From: Mobula hypostoma
Lineage: Eukaryota
Reading direction: 5' to 3'
NCBI RefSeq assembly: GCF_963921235.1
Contig: NC_086108.1
Coordinates: 19,344,001 to 19,408,000 of the forward strand
Length of the DNA: 64,000 bases
Part shown: positions 38,381-50,842 of the stretch, one piece after another
Numbering within the stretch: the first letter of the stretch is position 1
Layout: every line of letters begins with the position of its first letter
The notes under the pieces: generated by a model
Databases searched by the model: none
Seen by the model: only the letters and a program-made list of their open reading frames with translations
What the model was told of the DNA's origin: nothing
Program-made: the position numbers and the translations under genes

Positions 38381-40431
38381 ATTTCATAGCAGCCCTCCTT
38401 CTGTCACCACAATCACTTTCCACCTACCTGCCTCCGGACTGATAGAATAGCAGCAGCTCATCGTCAAAAAAGAGAAAGAATCTGAGGCAACCCAGAATGA
38501 TAAAATAGGGCACTTTTATCAGCACACACTAACTTCACAGCCAGCCATTCGAAGTGGAATAAACAAAGAAAAGACCTGGTGTCAAGCACGAGACCATGAG
38601 GAATCTGCTTTGGTTGAACCACAGAGGGGGGACAATCTGGAAGGTGATGGAGCAGAGAAATACAATCACATGTCAACTTCCAACTACAGTTAAAGAAACT
38701 CTGAGATCCTTTTAAATTGAACACTCAGTTGTTGTTGTGCATTTGAGAGTACAGCACTGCAACTTGTACAGGATACCATGGAAAAAAGACTGGAAAATGG
38801 CTACTCCCTGAACAAGAGATACAATTTGAGTTCAAGTTCATGCTATACATCCAGTTGCCCCCCAATGCTATAAGGTGTTATGTAGTTCAACCATTTTTTC
38901 CAGTATGAATAAAATGGTTCCAATTTAAGATTAACAGATGCTGTTATCTTCTCCCTTTTGTAAATATATCCATTGTAATTTCCATCCATACATTTAAAGT
39001 TGGGCTCTCCTGTGATAACCATTTCCTGGTAAGGGTCTTTTTACCAGCCACCAGCAGTACATTCATTAAATATTTATCTCTTTTCAACCATTCTTGAGGT
39101 ATATACCCAAAACATATGGTCATACTCTTTGAGGGTATTTCACATTTAAAGATGTCTAGCAGGGCATTATGTATCCCACTCCAATTGTCTTTGATAATGG
39201 GGCATTCCCAGAAAATATGATAGTGGTTTGCATTTTGATTTCCACAATTTCTCCAGCAAGCAGGGGGGTTACTATTATAATGGGATTTCTGAGAGGGTGT
39301 AATAAAATATCTTATCAAGCTTTTCCACCCGAACTCCCTCCATTTCTGTGAACTGGTACACTTCCATTGATACCTCCATGTTATTGTCCAGTCTTCCTCA
39401 GATATTATTATCCCTCCTTCCTTCTCCCATTTTGTTTTAATGTATGAAGTCCAATGTGTTGTAAGATTTGACAAACCCTTATAAACACTTGAAATTATTC
39501 TCCTATGAAATTATTCTCCTACCGTTGTTTGAATTATATGCTTTTCTAAATAGCTCTATCAGACATGTACTTGCCTTGATTACATTTTTAACCATCCTAT
39601 TAACATACAGTCACATCTGTAAATACCGGTAAAAGTCTTGTTTTTCTAGTAAGTGTTTTGAGCATTTCAAAACTGAACAGTGTTCCTTCTTTCATCATAT
39701 TGCAATAGCTGTTATTCCTTTAGCTGTCCAGTCCTTAAATCTAGCATCCAGTTTATTTGGCGTAAAATCCGAGTCATATGCACACCATTTAAGAATTGCA
39801 ATGACTCTCTCTAGCTTATATTCTTTTATAATAGTTTTCCATATTTTAAGAGTCCATTTCACCCACGGGTTGACAATATTATTTACGTAACTTTGTAGGT
39901 TGTTATCAGCCAAAATTGCCTGTATGGGGATGGAAAGCATCCTCTCCTCAATGTTTTTCCATTGAGCATCATATAATGGGTTGCACCAGCATATCACAGC
40001 TCTCAACTGTGCTGAAAAATAATCTCTAAGAAAAGGTAGGCCCCATCCCTTTTCCTCGGCTAATTGCAAAGTTTTGAGACGAACCCTAGGCCTTTTACCT
40101 TGACACATATATCTTGATAGCATCTTGTTCCATTCATTGAATTGATTTTGGTTAATCTCTATTGGTAGGGTCTGAAAGCAATATAGTCGTCTGGGCAGTA
40201 TATTCATTTTAATAGATTCAATCCTTGAACTGAGACCAAGAAAAGGAATTAGGTTCCATCTTGTTATATCTTCCTTAATTTTTTTATATATAGGCTGATA
40301 ATTGCATTCTGATAATTTTGCCCAATCTTTTGGCATAATGATGCCCAAATATTTGATGAACTCTGTTGCCATACCCAAGGATATCTACTTTCAATTTCTC
40401 TTGGTGGGCAATAGTTATATGAAAGTAGTTG

Positions 40432-40468
40432 GGTCCTGACGAAGGGTCTCAGCCTGAAACGTCGACTG
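40432..40468 (+). ncRNA. Minimal hammerhead ribozyme (intact core)
   Basis: GGTC-CTGACGA-AGG-gtctcag-CCT-GAAA-CGTC-GACT. Confidence 0.8.
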
Positions 40469-40530
40469 CGCCTCTTCCTATAGATGCTGCTTGGCCTGCT
40501 GCGTTCACCGCAACTTTGATGTATGTTGCC
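40435..40530 (+). mobile_element. 96-bp Penelope mini-insertion (hammerhead plus 3' end) inside the L1 RT
   Basis: Matches 5221-5317 and has TGGGT on both sides (40430-34, 40531-35). Removing it restores the L1 frame NINKTQLLS. Confidence 0.9.
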
Positions 40531-42424
40531 TGGGTTTTATTTATGTTGATCTTGTATCCTGATAATTGGCCATATTGTTCAAAGGATTGCATCAATTTAG
40601 GTAAAGAGTACGTTGGTTGCCCTAGATAGATCAAAATGTCATCCGCGTAAAAGGCCAATTTATGCTGTCCCTTTAATAGCAATTCCCCTGATATCTTCAT
40701 TTTGTCTGATGTATTGAGCTAATGGTTCCAGATATAATGCGAAGAGTAGCAGTGACCATGCACAACCCTGTCTCGTGCCCCTTTCTAGGGTAAAACTACT
40801 AGATAAGTATCCATTGATTTTAATCCTGGCAGTAGGATTGTTGTATAGTGCCTGCATAGTTTTGATAATTGTGTCATGTAGACCAAATCTATGTAAAACT
40901 CTGTGAAGAAAATTCCAGTTAACCGAATCAAATGCCTTTTCAGCATCCACACTTATCACTATTGCTTCAATTTAATTTTTTTTAATATGATCCAAAATGT
41001 GAAGTGTCCTTTGTATATTGTCTTGTGTTTGGCATTGTTGTATAAAACCTGTCTGATCATTATGATTAGTGTGGGTAGAAACTCTTCTAATCGTTTGACC
41101 ATGATGAAAGTCAATATTCTATAATCCACATTAAGAACAGATATTGGTCTAAATGACCTACATTCCATTTTATCCTTGCCTTCTTTCGGTATAGCTGAGA
41201 TTATCGCCTCCTTCCAGCTGGGTGGCATTTGTGCCTTTCTTAGGGCCCAGTTCAGTGTGGGGAGTAAAACAGGAATTAACTCATTTCTAAATTCTTTATA
41301 CCACTCTGCCGTATATCCATCTGATCCTGGTGACTTGCTTAATTTAAGCCTACTAATTGCAGTTTTTAGTTCAGCTTCAGTTATGTCAGCAGCTATCGTT
41401 CTATTTTGTTCTTTGCTTAAATTGGGTAACTCTAAAGAATTCAGGAAGGTGTCAATTTGGGTTATGCTTCCCCTTGGAATTTTGGAATATAGAGTTTTGT
41501 AGAACATTTCAAAAGCTTCTTGAATTTCACTGAGCTTATTTTTTTAAATCACTTTTGTTCTTGGATCCCTGATTCTATGAATTGTATTTTCTATCTTTTT
41601 TCCCCCCAGTTTCCATGCCAGTATTTTCATAGATTTAGATTCACTTTCATAGTGTCTCTGTTTCTGAAGCATTAAATTTTTTCTAATTTCTTGTGTAGCC
41701 AAAATATTAATTTCATTCCTGATTTTTAAAATTTCCTCTAGTGTATCCTGTGTCAAGCTCAATTTGTGTTTTTTTTCTAGTTTCTTCAGCTTATTTTGTA
41801 CATTAGGGATTTTTAAAAGAATCTAGATCAGGCCATGAATGTGAGGAAAATGGAAGGATTATGGACATTGTGTAGGCAGAAGGGATTAGTTTAGTTGGCC
41901 ATTTGTTACTAATTTAATTGGTTCAGCACAATATTGTGGGCCAAAAGGTCTGTTCCTGTACTGTGCTTTTCTATATTCTAATTTACCGATATGAGATTAT
42001 GTGGAAATCTGTGGTATTTCCATTCAATTTCTTACGAGAAAAACATTGATTCACAGTAAGCCAGAAACATATGACGACTTGATGCATAAATAACCAAAGG
42101 TAATATGGTTAACTCATGAATTTTTAAAGGTACAAAACAACCTGTTTGATATATGCATCTTTTCTCCAACTGCATTTCAAAGAAGAATAAAAAAAATACA
42201 AACTCTCAGGAAAATTAATTACAGAATTTCCATTTTCTGGTCTGTTCAAGTTTATTTTGAGCAATCTCATCTGACAAAAATATTTTTTAAACCATTTCCC
42301 TTCAAGCCACAAATGAACTTCAAAGCAATCAGGTGCATCTCAATGGTAGCCTTCTCACACCCCACTCAGGAGATTATTCGTTCAAGCTTTTACAAAAGCA
42401 TTAAAAAAAAATCTTGAAGTGGGA

Positions 42425-42627
42425 AATCAAAACAGAAAATGCTGAGAATACTCAGCAAGTCAGACAGACCTGTGGAGAGTGAAACAGGATTCTTGAATAA
42501 AAAAGGGCTGCAGCCTGAAATCTGGACTGTTTGTTCATTTCCACAGACACTGCCTGACCTACTGAGTTACTCCAGCATTAAGTTTGTGTTGTTTTGGATT
42601 TCCAGTATCTGCCAAATTTCTTGTGTT
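42425..42627. mobile_element. Old Penelope-derived inverted mini element
   Basis: The left arm ATGCTGAGAATACTCAGCAAGTCAGACAG is complementary to the right arm CTGCCTGACCTACTGAGTTACTCCAGCAT. A tail follows on the right. Confidence 0.6.
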
Positions 42628-43147
42628 AACCAAGTTAATATTTCACGTTGATGACTTTTCATTAGAAGTATGAAAGGGTAGATAGCATGTTTAAGAAGAA
42701 AAGGAGAGATGGATAGAACAAACAAAATGTCCGTGAAGAATGAGAAACTTCATTGCAGAATGTCAGCTGCTTATTAAGGGGCAGCCACACAATCCAGAAA
42801 TAATATGAATAGAGATTAAAGGGAGGAAATGAAGGGAAAAACTAATGCAGAAACTGTGAGATAGAGAGCAGTGTAGTTTTCTGGAAAGGGCAGTGAGATT
42901 GTGCAAGGAGAAAGTGAATGGTGGTAGAGGAATCTTTCTGATACTGCACTTGCATCCAGCCCCTCAAGCTTTACACCGTGGATGATGGCGTACAAATGAT
43001 AACCTTATTTCAGCCATCTAATTTGATTTAATCTCACATTTCTACAGATACTTCCCTCTGCTTTACGTTTGGCATCAAAATCAAACTTCACAAATGAGGA
43101 CCACCATCATGGTAACAGATAGAAATGGGGTCCACCAACCCCATGGC

Positions 43148-43745
43148 TGAATGGTCACAGCTCTGAAACATGAACAAGAGAAAATCTGCAGATGCTGGAA
43201 ATCCAAGCAACACACACAAAAGGCTGGAGAAACACAGCAGGCAGACAGAATCTATGGAAAAGAGTAAACACTTGCCATTCCGGGCCAAGACCCTTCATCA
43301 GGACTGGAGGGGAAAAAAAAAGATGAGAAGTCAGAGCAAGAAGGTGGGGGAGGGTAAAAAGTAATACAAGGCAGTAAATAGGTGATAGGTGAAACCAGGA
43401 GAGAGGGAGGGTGAAGTAAAGAACTGGGAAGTTGATTGGTGAAAGAGATAAGGGGATTGAGAAGGGGGAATCTGATAGGAAGCTATGGAAAAAAGGGAAG
43501 GGGAGAAGCACCAGAGGGAGGAGATGGGCAAGGAAAGTGTGATAATGTGAGGGGGAATGGGAATGGGGAATGGTGAAGGAAAGGGGGGGGGGAGGAGACT
43601 GCTACCGAAATTTGCGAAATCGATGTTCATGCCATCAGATTGGAAGCTACCCAGATGGAAAACAAGGTGTTACCCCTCCAATCTGAGTGTGGCCTCATCA
43701 CATCATTCGAGGAGACCATGGACTGACATGTCAGAATGGGAATGA
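43148..43745 (-). mobile_element. Penelope 3' end (GIY-YIG tip plus UTR)
   Basis: HSDMS...LEG*HLVFHLGSFQSDGMNIDFANF. The hammerhead near 43268-43306 has GAAA changed to GGAA. Confidence 0.85.
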
Positions 43746-45955
43746 GAAGAGACAAAGGACTGAAGAGGGAGAGGAACAGACAAATTAGGAAAGCGTTTAA
43801 GTGGAGTAAGGGGAAATATGAAGCTATCACGCAGGAACTTGGAAGCATAAATTGGGGACAGATGTTCTCAGGGAAACGCAAGGCAGAAATGTGGCAAATG
43901 CTCAGGGGATACTTGTGTGGCGTTCTGCAAAGGTATGTTCCAATGAGACAGGGAAAGGAGGGTAGGGTACAGGAACCGTGGTGTACTAAGGCTGTTGAAA
44001 ATCTAGTCAAGAAGAAAAGCTTACAAAAGGTTCAAAAAACTAGGTAATGATAGAGATCCAGAAGATTATAAGGCTAGCAGGAAGGAACTTAAGAATGAAA
44101 TTAGGAGAGCCAGAAGGGGCCATGAGAAGACCTTGGGGAGCAGGACTAAGGAAAACCCAAAGGCATTCTGCAAGTATGTGAAGAGCAAGAGGATAAGATG
44201 TGAGCGAATAAGACCAATCAAGTGTGACAGTGGAAAAGTGTGTATGGAACCAGAGAAGATAGCAGAGGTACTTAATGAATACTTTGCTTCAGTATTCACT
44301 ATGGAAAAGGATTTTGGCGATTGTAGGGATGACTTACAGCAGATTGAAAAGCTTGAACATGTCCGTAGATATTAAGAAAGAGGATATGCTGGAGCTTTTG
44401 GAAAGCATCAAGTTGGATAAGTCTCCGGGACTGGACGAGATGTATCCCAGGCTACTATGGGAGGTGAGGGAGGAGATTGCTGAGCCTCTGGCAATGATCT
44501 TTGCATCATCAATGGGGACAGGAGAGTTTCCGGAGGATTGGAGGGTTGCAGATGTTGTTCCCTTATTTAAGAAAGGAAGTAGAGATAGCCCAGGAAATTA
44601 TAGACCAGTGAGTCAAACTTCAGTGGTTGGTAAGTTGACGGGAAAGACCCTGAGAGGCAGGATTTATGAACAATTGGAGAGGCATAATATGATTAAGAAA
44701 AGTCAGCATAGCTTTGTCAAAGGCAGGTCCTCAATTTTCTGAGGATGTGACTAAACACGTTGATGAAGGTAGAGCAGTAGATGTAGTGTATATGGATTTC
44801 AGCAAGGCATTTGACAAGGTACCCCATGCAAGGCTTATTGAGAAAGTAAGGAGGCATGAGATCCAAGAGGACATTGCTTTGTAGATCCAGAATTGGTTTG
44901 CCCACAGAAAGCAAAGGGCGGTTGTAGATGGGTCATATTCTGCATGGAGGTCGGTCACCAGTGATGTGCCTCAGGGATCAGTTCTGGGATCCCTTCTCTT
45001 CATGAAGTTTATAAGTGACCTGGATGAGGAAGTGGAGGGATGGGTTAGTAAATTGGCTGATGACAAATGTTAGGGGTGTTGTGGATAGCATGGAGGGCTG
45101 TCAGAGGTTACAGCTAGACATCGATAGGATGCAAAACTAGGCTGAGAAGTGGCAGATGGAGCTCAACCCAGACAAGTGTGAGGTGGTCCAGTTTGGGAGG
45201 TCAAATATGATGGCAGAATATAGTATTAATGGTAAGACACTTGGCAGTGTGGAAGACCAGAGGGATCTTGAGGTTAGAGTCCATAGGACACACAAAGTTG
45301 CTGTGCAGGTTGACTCTGTGGTTAAGAAGGCATACGGTGCATTGGCCTTCATCAATCGTGGGACTGAGTTCAAGAGCCGCGAGGTAATGTTACAGCTATA
45401 TAGGACCCTGGTCAGACCCCACTTGGAGTACTGTGCTCAGTTCTGGCCACCTCACTACAGGAAGGATGTGGAAACTATGGGAAGGGTGCAGAGGAGATTT
45501 ACAAGGATGTTGCCTAGATTGGGGAGCATGCCTTATGAGAATAAGTTGAGTGAACTCAGCCATTTTTTCTTGGAGTGACGGAGGATGAGAGGTGACCTGA
45601 CAGGTGTATAAGATGATGAGAGGCACTGATCGTGTGGATAATCAGAAGTTTTTTCCCAGGGATGAAATGGCTAACACAAGAGGGCACAGTTTTAAGGTGC
45701 TTGGAAGTAGGTACAGAGGAGATGTCGGGCTAAGTTTTTTTTTTAAAAAAAAGAGTGGTGAGTGCGTGGAATGGGCTGCCAGCAACGGTGGTGGAGGCGG
45801 ATATGATAGGGTCGTTTAAGAGACTCTTGGAGAGGTACATGGAGCTTAGAAAAATAGAAGGCTATGGGTAAGCCGAGATAATTTCTAAAGTACATGTCGG
45901 CACAGCATTGTGGGCCAAAGAGCCTGTATTGTGCTGTAGGTTTTCTATGTTTCTA
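43746..45955 (+). mobile_element. CR1 LINE, 5'-truncated and decayed
   Basis: ORFs 44275-44742 and 45156-45578, YMDFSKAFDKVPH, and tail TTTTCTATGTTTCTA. Confidence 0.92.
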
Positions 45956-46482
45956 GACATTTAGATAGGCACATGAATGTGAGGAAGATGAAAATTGTGC
46001 AGTTATTAGGGATTAGTTTTTGTTTTCTTTATTTTTCAGCTGGTTCGGCACAACATTGTGGGTTGAAGGGCCTACTCCTGTGCTGTACTTATCCTTGTAC
46101 TATAAATTAAAGCAAGTTGAGCTTGAGGGAGTTATTTTTCACCCGGAGAGAGGGGAGTACCTGCAATGCACTGCCAGTGCGATTGCTGTAAACAGAATCA
46201 CTGATGGAATTAGAAAGTGCTCAGATTAACACTTAAATTGATGGCTACAAGCTGGATCTTGAAGATGGGATCAATACTTCAGGTACCCACTCGTCAGCTT
46301 AGATCTGGTGAGCCGATTGGCCTGTTTCCAGGCTGTGGTATGTTATGACTCTACGACTGTGAGCACCCTCTAAATTTGAAAATAAACTACAAGTACTGAA
46401 AACATGGACTAAAAACTGAAAATGCTGGACACACTCAGATCAAGCAGCATCGACAGGAAGAGAAATGGCTAGTGTTTCAGAT

Positions 46483-46895
46483 CAACACACACAAAATGCT
46501 GGAGGAACTCAGCAGGCCAAGCAGCCTCTATGGAAAAGAGCAAGCAGTCAACATCTCCAGCCAAGACCCTTCATCAGCACTGGAGAAAAAAGTTGAGAAG
46601 TTAGAGCAAGGTGGTGGAGGGGATGGGAGGAAGAAACACAAAAAACAAATGGTGATAGGTGGAACTGGGAGAGGGGAAGGGGTGACGCTAAGAGCTTGGA
46701 AGTTGAGTGGTAAGTGAGGGAGGTGGTGTAGAAGGTGGGGGGGGGCATTACAAGAAGTTTATAGAAATCGATGTTCATGCCATCAGGTTGGAGGCCCAAA
46801 ATATTGACAGTACTCTTTTGCTTAGATGCTGGCTGGACTACTGAGTTCCTCTAGCATTTTGTGCATGTTGCTTGGATTTCCAGCATCCTGCAAAT
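46483..46895. mobile_element. Penelope-derived mini element with inverted ends
   Basis: The minus arm 46483-46795 reaches LQPDGMNIDF. The plus arm starts inside hammerhead stem II (GGCCCAAAA) and ends with the tail GGATTTCCAGCATC. Confidence 0.75.
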
Positions 46896-48174
46896 TTATA
46901 ATTTACCCCTCAAGCTTATGATATCCAAAAGGATTTTTCTTTCAAAATGCATCTTTTGAGCAACCAGGTTACTTTAGTAGTCGCACAACTCGTTTATTGT
47001 GCCTGAATCAGAGGTTCAAGTCAAACACCTCCATTCTCAGTTTCTTGGAAATTCTCTGCATCATTTGAGAAAAGGAGGTCAATTCACAAGTGAAGCTGAT
47101 GAAAAGAACCATGCAGTGAAGAAATTTTCTCATTCAAGCACAGGAATATTCATGTTGCAGTGGAATCTGAATGTCATACTTTCACTGAAAAGTTAATACA
47201 TTTCATTTCACAACTCTGTATGACAGTTTAATGTCAAAAGAATGAAAAACATGCAGGAACCCCCACTCCAAATCTAACCTAAATCCTACATCTGTTGGTA
47301 AAAATCATGCATCTTTCAGCACTCTCAGTGCAAGGCAGCAGCGATACAATGCCTATCCGATGACGAAGCCAATCTCACTGGCACCAATAAACTGTACTGT
47401 TGGATCACCATAGCCATCAGACAGAAGTCTCACAAGACCATTTCTCTCATACACATGGATCTTTTGGCTTCATCTACAAGATCAAAAAAGATTCCTTATA
47501 ATGGCAAAACCACAAAATCTAGAATGCAAAGACTATTTTGAGGATATTTTGATGATTCAAAGAAAGTGATGAGAAAGGTTGCACAAATTGTACAATGGTT
47601 TAATAGTCGAACAGGAACAGACCTAATGAAATCATAGGAAACTCAACAAACCTAAACAAGCACTTAACACTTTGAAAATAGCATAAAACTGTCAATCATG
47701 AGAACAGACTATGGTCAAATTTAAAAGAGACTTTGATTTGGACCTTGCACAAGTTGAATGGTATGTTCTTTAAAGCTCTGCTATACAAACAGGAGTGGGG
47801 GTGGGGGGGGGAGGCACAGAAGCCAGAAAGGAAGGCAAGGATATGAGAGCAAGAGCACACATCTGCTGGGAAAGAATGCACATTTGGCAGAGTAATCCTC
47901 CAGAGGAAATCACTGTCAGGTCTAAATCAGAATCAAATGTGAATGATAATCTTTAATTTCCTTGCAGATTTTACTACTGATTTAACAGGGTTTTTTCAGA
48001 TACAATATTAAAGGTCATACATGCCTCTGAACATGGAGTGCAGAACAAGTATGCCAAATGAATAACTCAAAATATTAAACGGCACAGGCAGCTTCTTCAG
48101 TATCAGAAATAGGATGTAAAACATGGGTGAATAAACTGCAAAATTTGATATTGTTGTTACCTGTCTGAGAGGAC

Positions 48175-49320
48175 CGATAAAAAGCATCCTGAACTTGGGT
48201 AAAAGAAGTTTTACCTCTGTATCAAGTTGAACCGCTGCTTGTTGATTAGAACTGAGGGTATGATTGTGTTGAATGCTGAGCAGTAATCAATAAACAGCAG
48301 GCTGACATACGTATTGCTATTGTCCAAGTTATCCAAGTCCGACTGGAGCGACAATGAAACTGCAGCCACTGTCCTATTGTGGAGATGAGCAAATTGCACT
48401 AGGTCCAGGTCTTGCTCAGGCAGGAGTTCGTTCTAGCCAAGACCAACCTCTGAAAGCTCTTCATCACAATAAATGTGAGTGTAACTGGGTGATGGTCATT
48501 AAAGCAGCTCACCCTGCTCTTCTTGGGCACTGGTATGATGGTCGCCCTTTTGAAGCAGTTGGGAACCTCCAACTGCAGCATGGAGAGATTGAAGACATCC
48601 TGCCCTACCAAGTACACCATCAGGACCTGATTCCTTTCAAGGGTTTACCCTCTTGAAAGATATTCTGATGTCGGCCTCCAAAACCGAGATCACAGGGTCA
48701 CTGGAGGCTACATGGAGTTTTATTCTCCCTTTCAAAGTGTGTATCAAAGGCATTGAGCTCTTCTGGAAGTGAAGCATCACTACCATTCATGATGTTAGTG
48801 CTTCTCTTTATTTGTAATGGCCTGCAAACCCCTACCAGAGCTGACCTTCGGTAGGTCACAGGTGGACTGGTATAGTTTTTGATTACCAGTCTTGAGTGCC
48901 ACAGGTCAAGCCCTCAACAGACTACGAATCTCCTGGTTCATTCACAGCTTTTGATTTGGGTATGCCCCGTATGTTCTCGAAGGCATAAGTTCATCCACAC
49001 AGGTTCTGATGAAGTTGGTGATGATATCATCCTGGAATATAGTCCAGTCCACTGATTCAAAGCGTCCTGAAAGTGCTCCTGTAGCTCCTTGACCATACCT
49101 TCTTGGTTCTCTACACTGGTGCTTCAGTCTTTAGTGTCGGCCTATACGCTGGGGCTAGAAGTTTACCAGGTGATAGGACTTAATTGTGCCCATCCCTTGC
49201 CCACACTTTGTAGGCATTCTTGATGGTGGCATAACAGTGGTCAAGTGTGTTGGCTCCTCTGGTTCCACATGTGATATGTCGGTGGTAGCTGTTCAGAGAC
49301 CTCTTCACCCAGGTGACATC
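48175..49320 (-). mobile_element. Rex1/Babar LINE fragment, decayed
   Basis: VFNLSMLQLEVPNCFKRATIIPVPKK and LLFIDYCSAFNTIIP. Confidence 0.8.
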
Positions 49321-50842
49321 TTGTCAAATGCAGCTGCTGCAGTTAATACTCATTCTGTTTTCCATTTCATTTTGATAAAGAATGAGTAAAGACAATGAGC
49401 AACAAGACAGAACAGAGAAGAATTTGGTTGCTTCACTCTAAAGTGCTGAGGCCAGCTATGTTGCTCGCCAGCAGTAATTAGACAAATGAAATTCTAATGA
49501 CCAGCATGACATGTACAGCACAAAGACCAAGAGATAATCGACATGTGCAATGTCCAAACTTGACTACGAAAGCTCTCTGCAATCGCGGGCGATGTACTAT
49601 GATTATGGACAACACAATGCAAGTAAATGAATACCATGGCTAAGGCAACTTGCCTCTGAAGAGAGCTGATGAGTTAGCAGTCACGTACTGTGGAAAATAT
49701 GAGGTAATCTTAAGCAACTTCTGACTCAAGCTCACAACAAGGAAAAGAAAAAAGTCTGTATATAAAGGCAGTGATAAATATATAAAAGAAAAACTACTGA
49801 ATGAGAAGGCAATAGATGCAAATTAAGTCACAAAACATTATTTTTGGAGTTTTAAGTACTTCATTGTTGCTCCTTTCTGGGCGTTGTGGCACACTCAGCG
49901 GCAACCTTGCCACTTCTTAACATTGTCTTTTTTTTAAATATGGCTGAGATGCTAGCTTGACACTCAACCCATCATAGATGGAAAGCTTGTGGCACAAATC
50001 AGTAAAAGGGGAAATGATTTTGTAGCTATTACAGAGATATGGTTGCAGGGTAGACAGAATTGGGAATTAAATATCCAAGGATATCAGGTAATTTGGAAGG
50101 ATAGGCAGGAAGGTAAGGGAGGTTGAGTAGTGCTCTTAACTAAAGATGAGATCAGGGCGATAGTGAGAGACGATACAAGATCTAAGGAGCAGAATGTTGA
50201 ATCCATCTGGGTAGAGATTAGGAACAGTAAAGGGGAAAAAAAATATCACTGGTGGGAGTTGTCTATCAGCCACCGAATAATAACATTACAGTGGCACAGG
50301 CAATAAACAGAAAAATATCTGAGACATGTAAGAATGGAACAGCAGTTATCATGGGGGACTTCAACTTGCACATAGATTGGGTGAATCAAGTTAGTCGAGG
50401 CAGTCTTGAGGAGGACTTCATAGAATGCATCCGTGCTGGCTTTCTTGATCATGTTACTGAACCTACAAGGGAACGTGCTATCTTAGATCTGGTCCTGTGC
50501 AATGAGACAGGTAAAATTAGAGATCTTGCAGTTAGGGATCATCTTGGAAAGAGTGATCACAGTATGACTGAATTTCTCATACAAGTGGAGGGTGCAATAG
50601 TTCAATCTAAAACCAGTGTATTATGCCTAAACAATACACACTACAATGGAATGAGGAAGGATTTGGCTCGTGTAGACGGGGAACACAGGCTATATGGTGG
50701 GACTGTTGAGAAACAGTGGGAGACTTTCAAGAGATTTTTCATGGTCCTCAGCAGAAGTTTATTCCAGTTAAAAGCAAGGACAGTAAGGGTGGGAGAGCCA
50801 GTCTTGAACAACTAAGGAAATAAAGGAAGGCATCAAACTAAG

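Larger units (their letters stand above)
38880..41800 (-). mobile_element. L1-clade LINE ORF2 (RT plus Cys-rich C-terminus), frameshifted
   Basis: [56 protein letters not shown]...HIFWEC. Confidence 0.92.

Noticed and set aside
47330..47700. Protein-like stretch and a CCGATGA motif
   Set aside because: Stops present, no recognisable family and no hammerhead topology.
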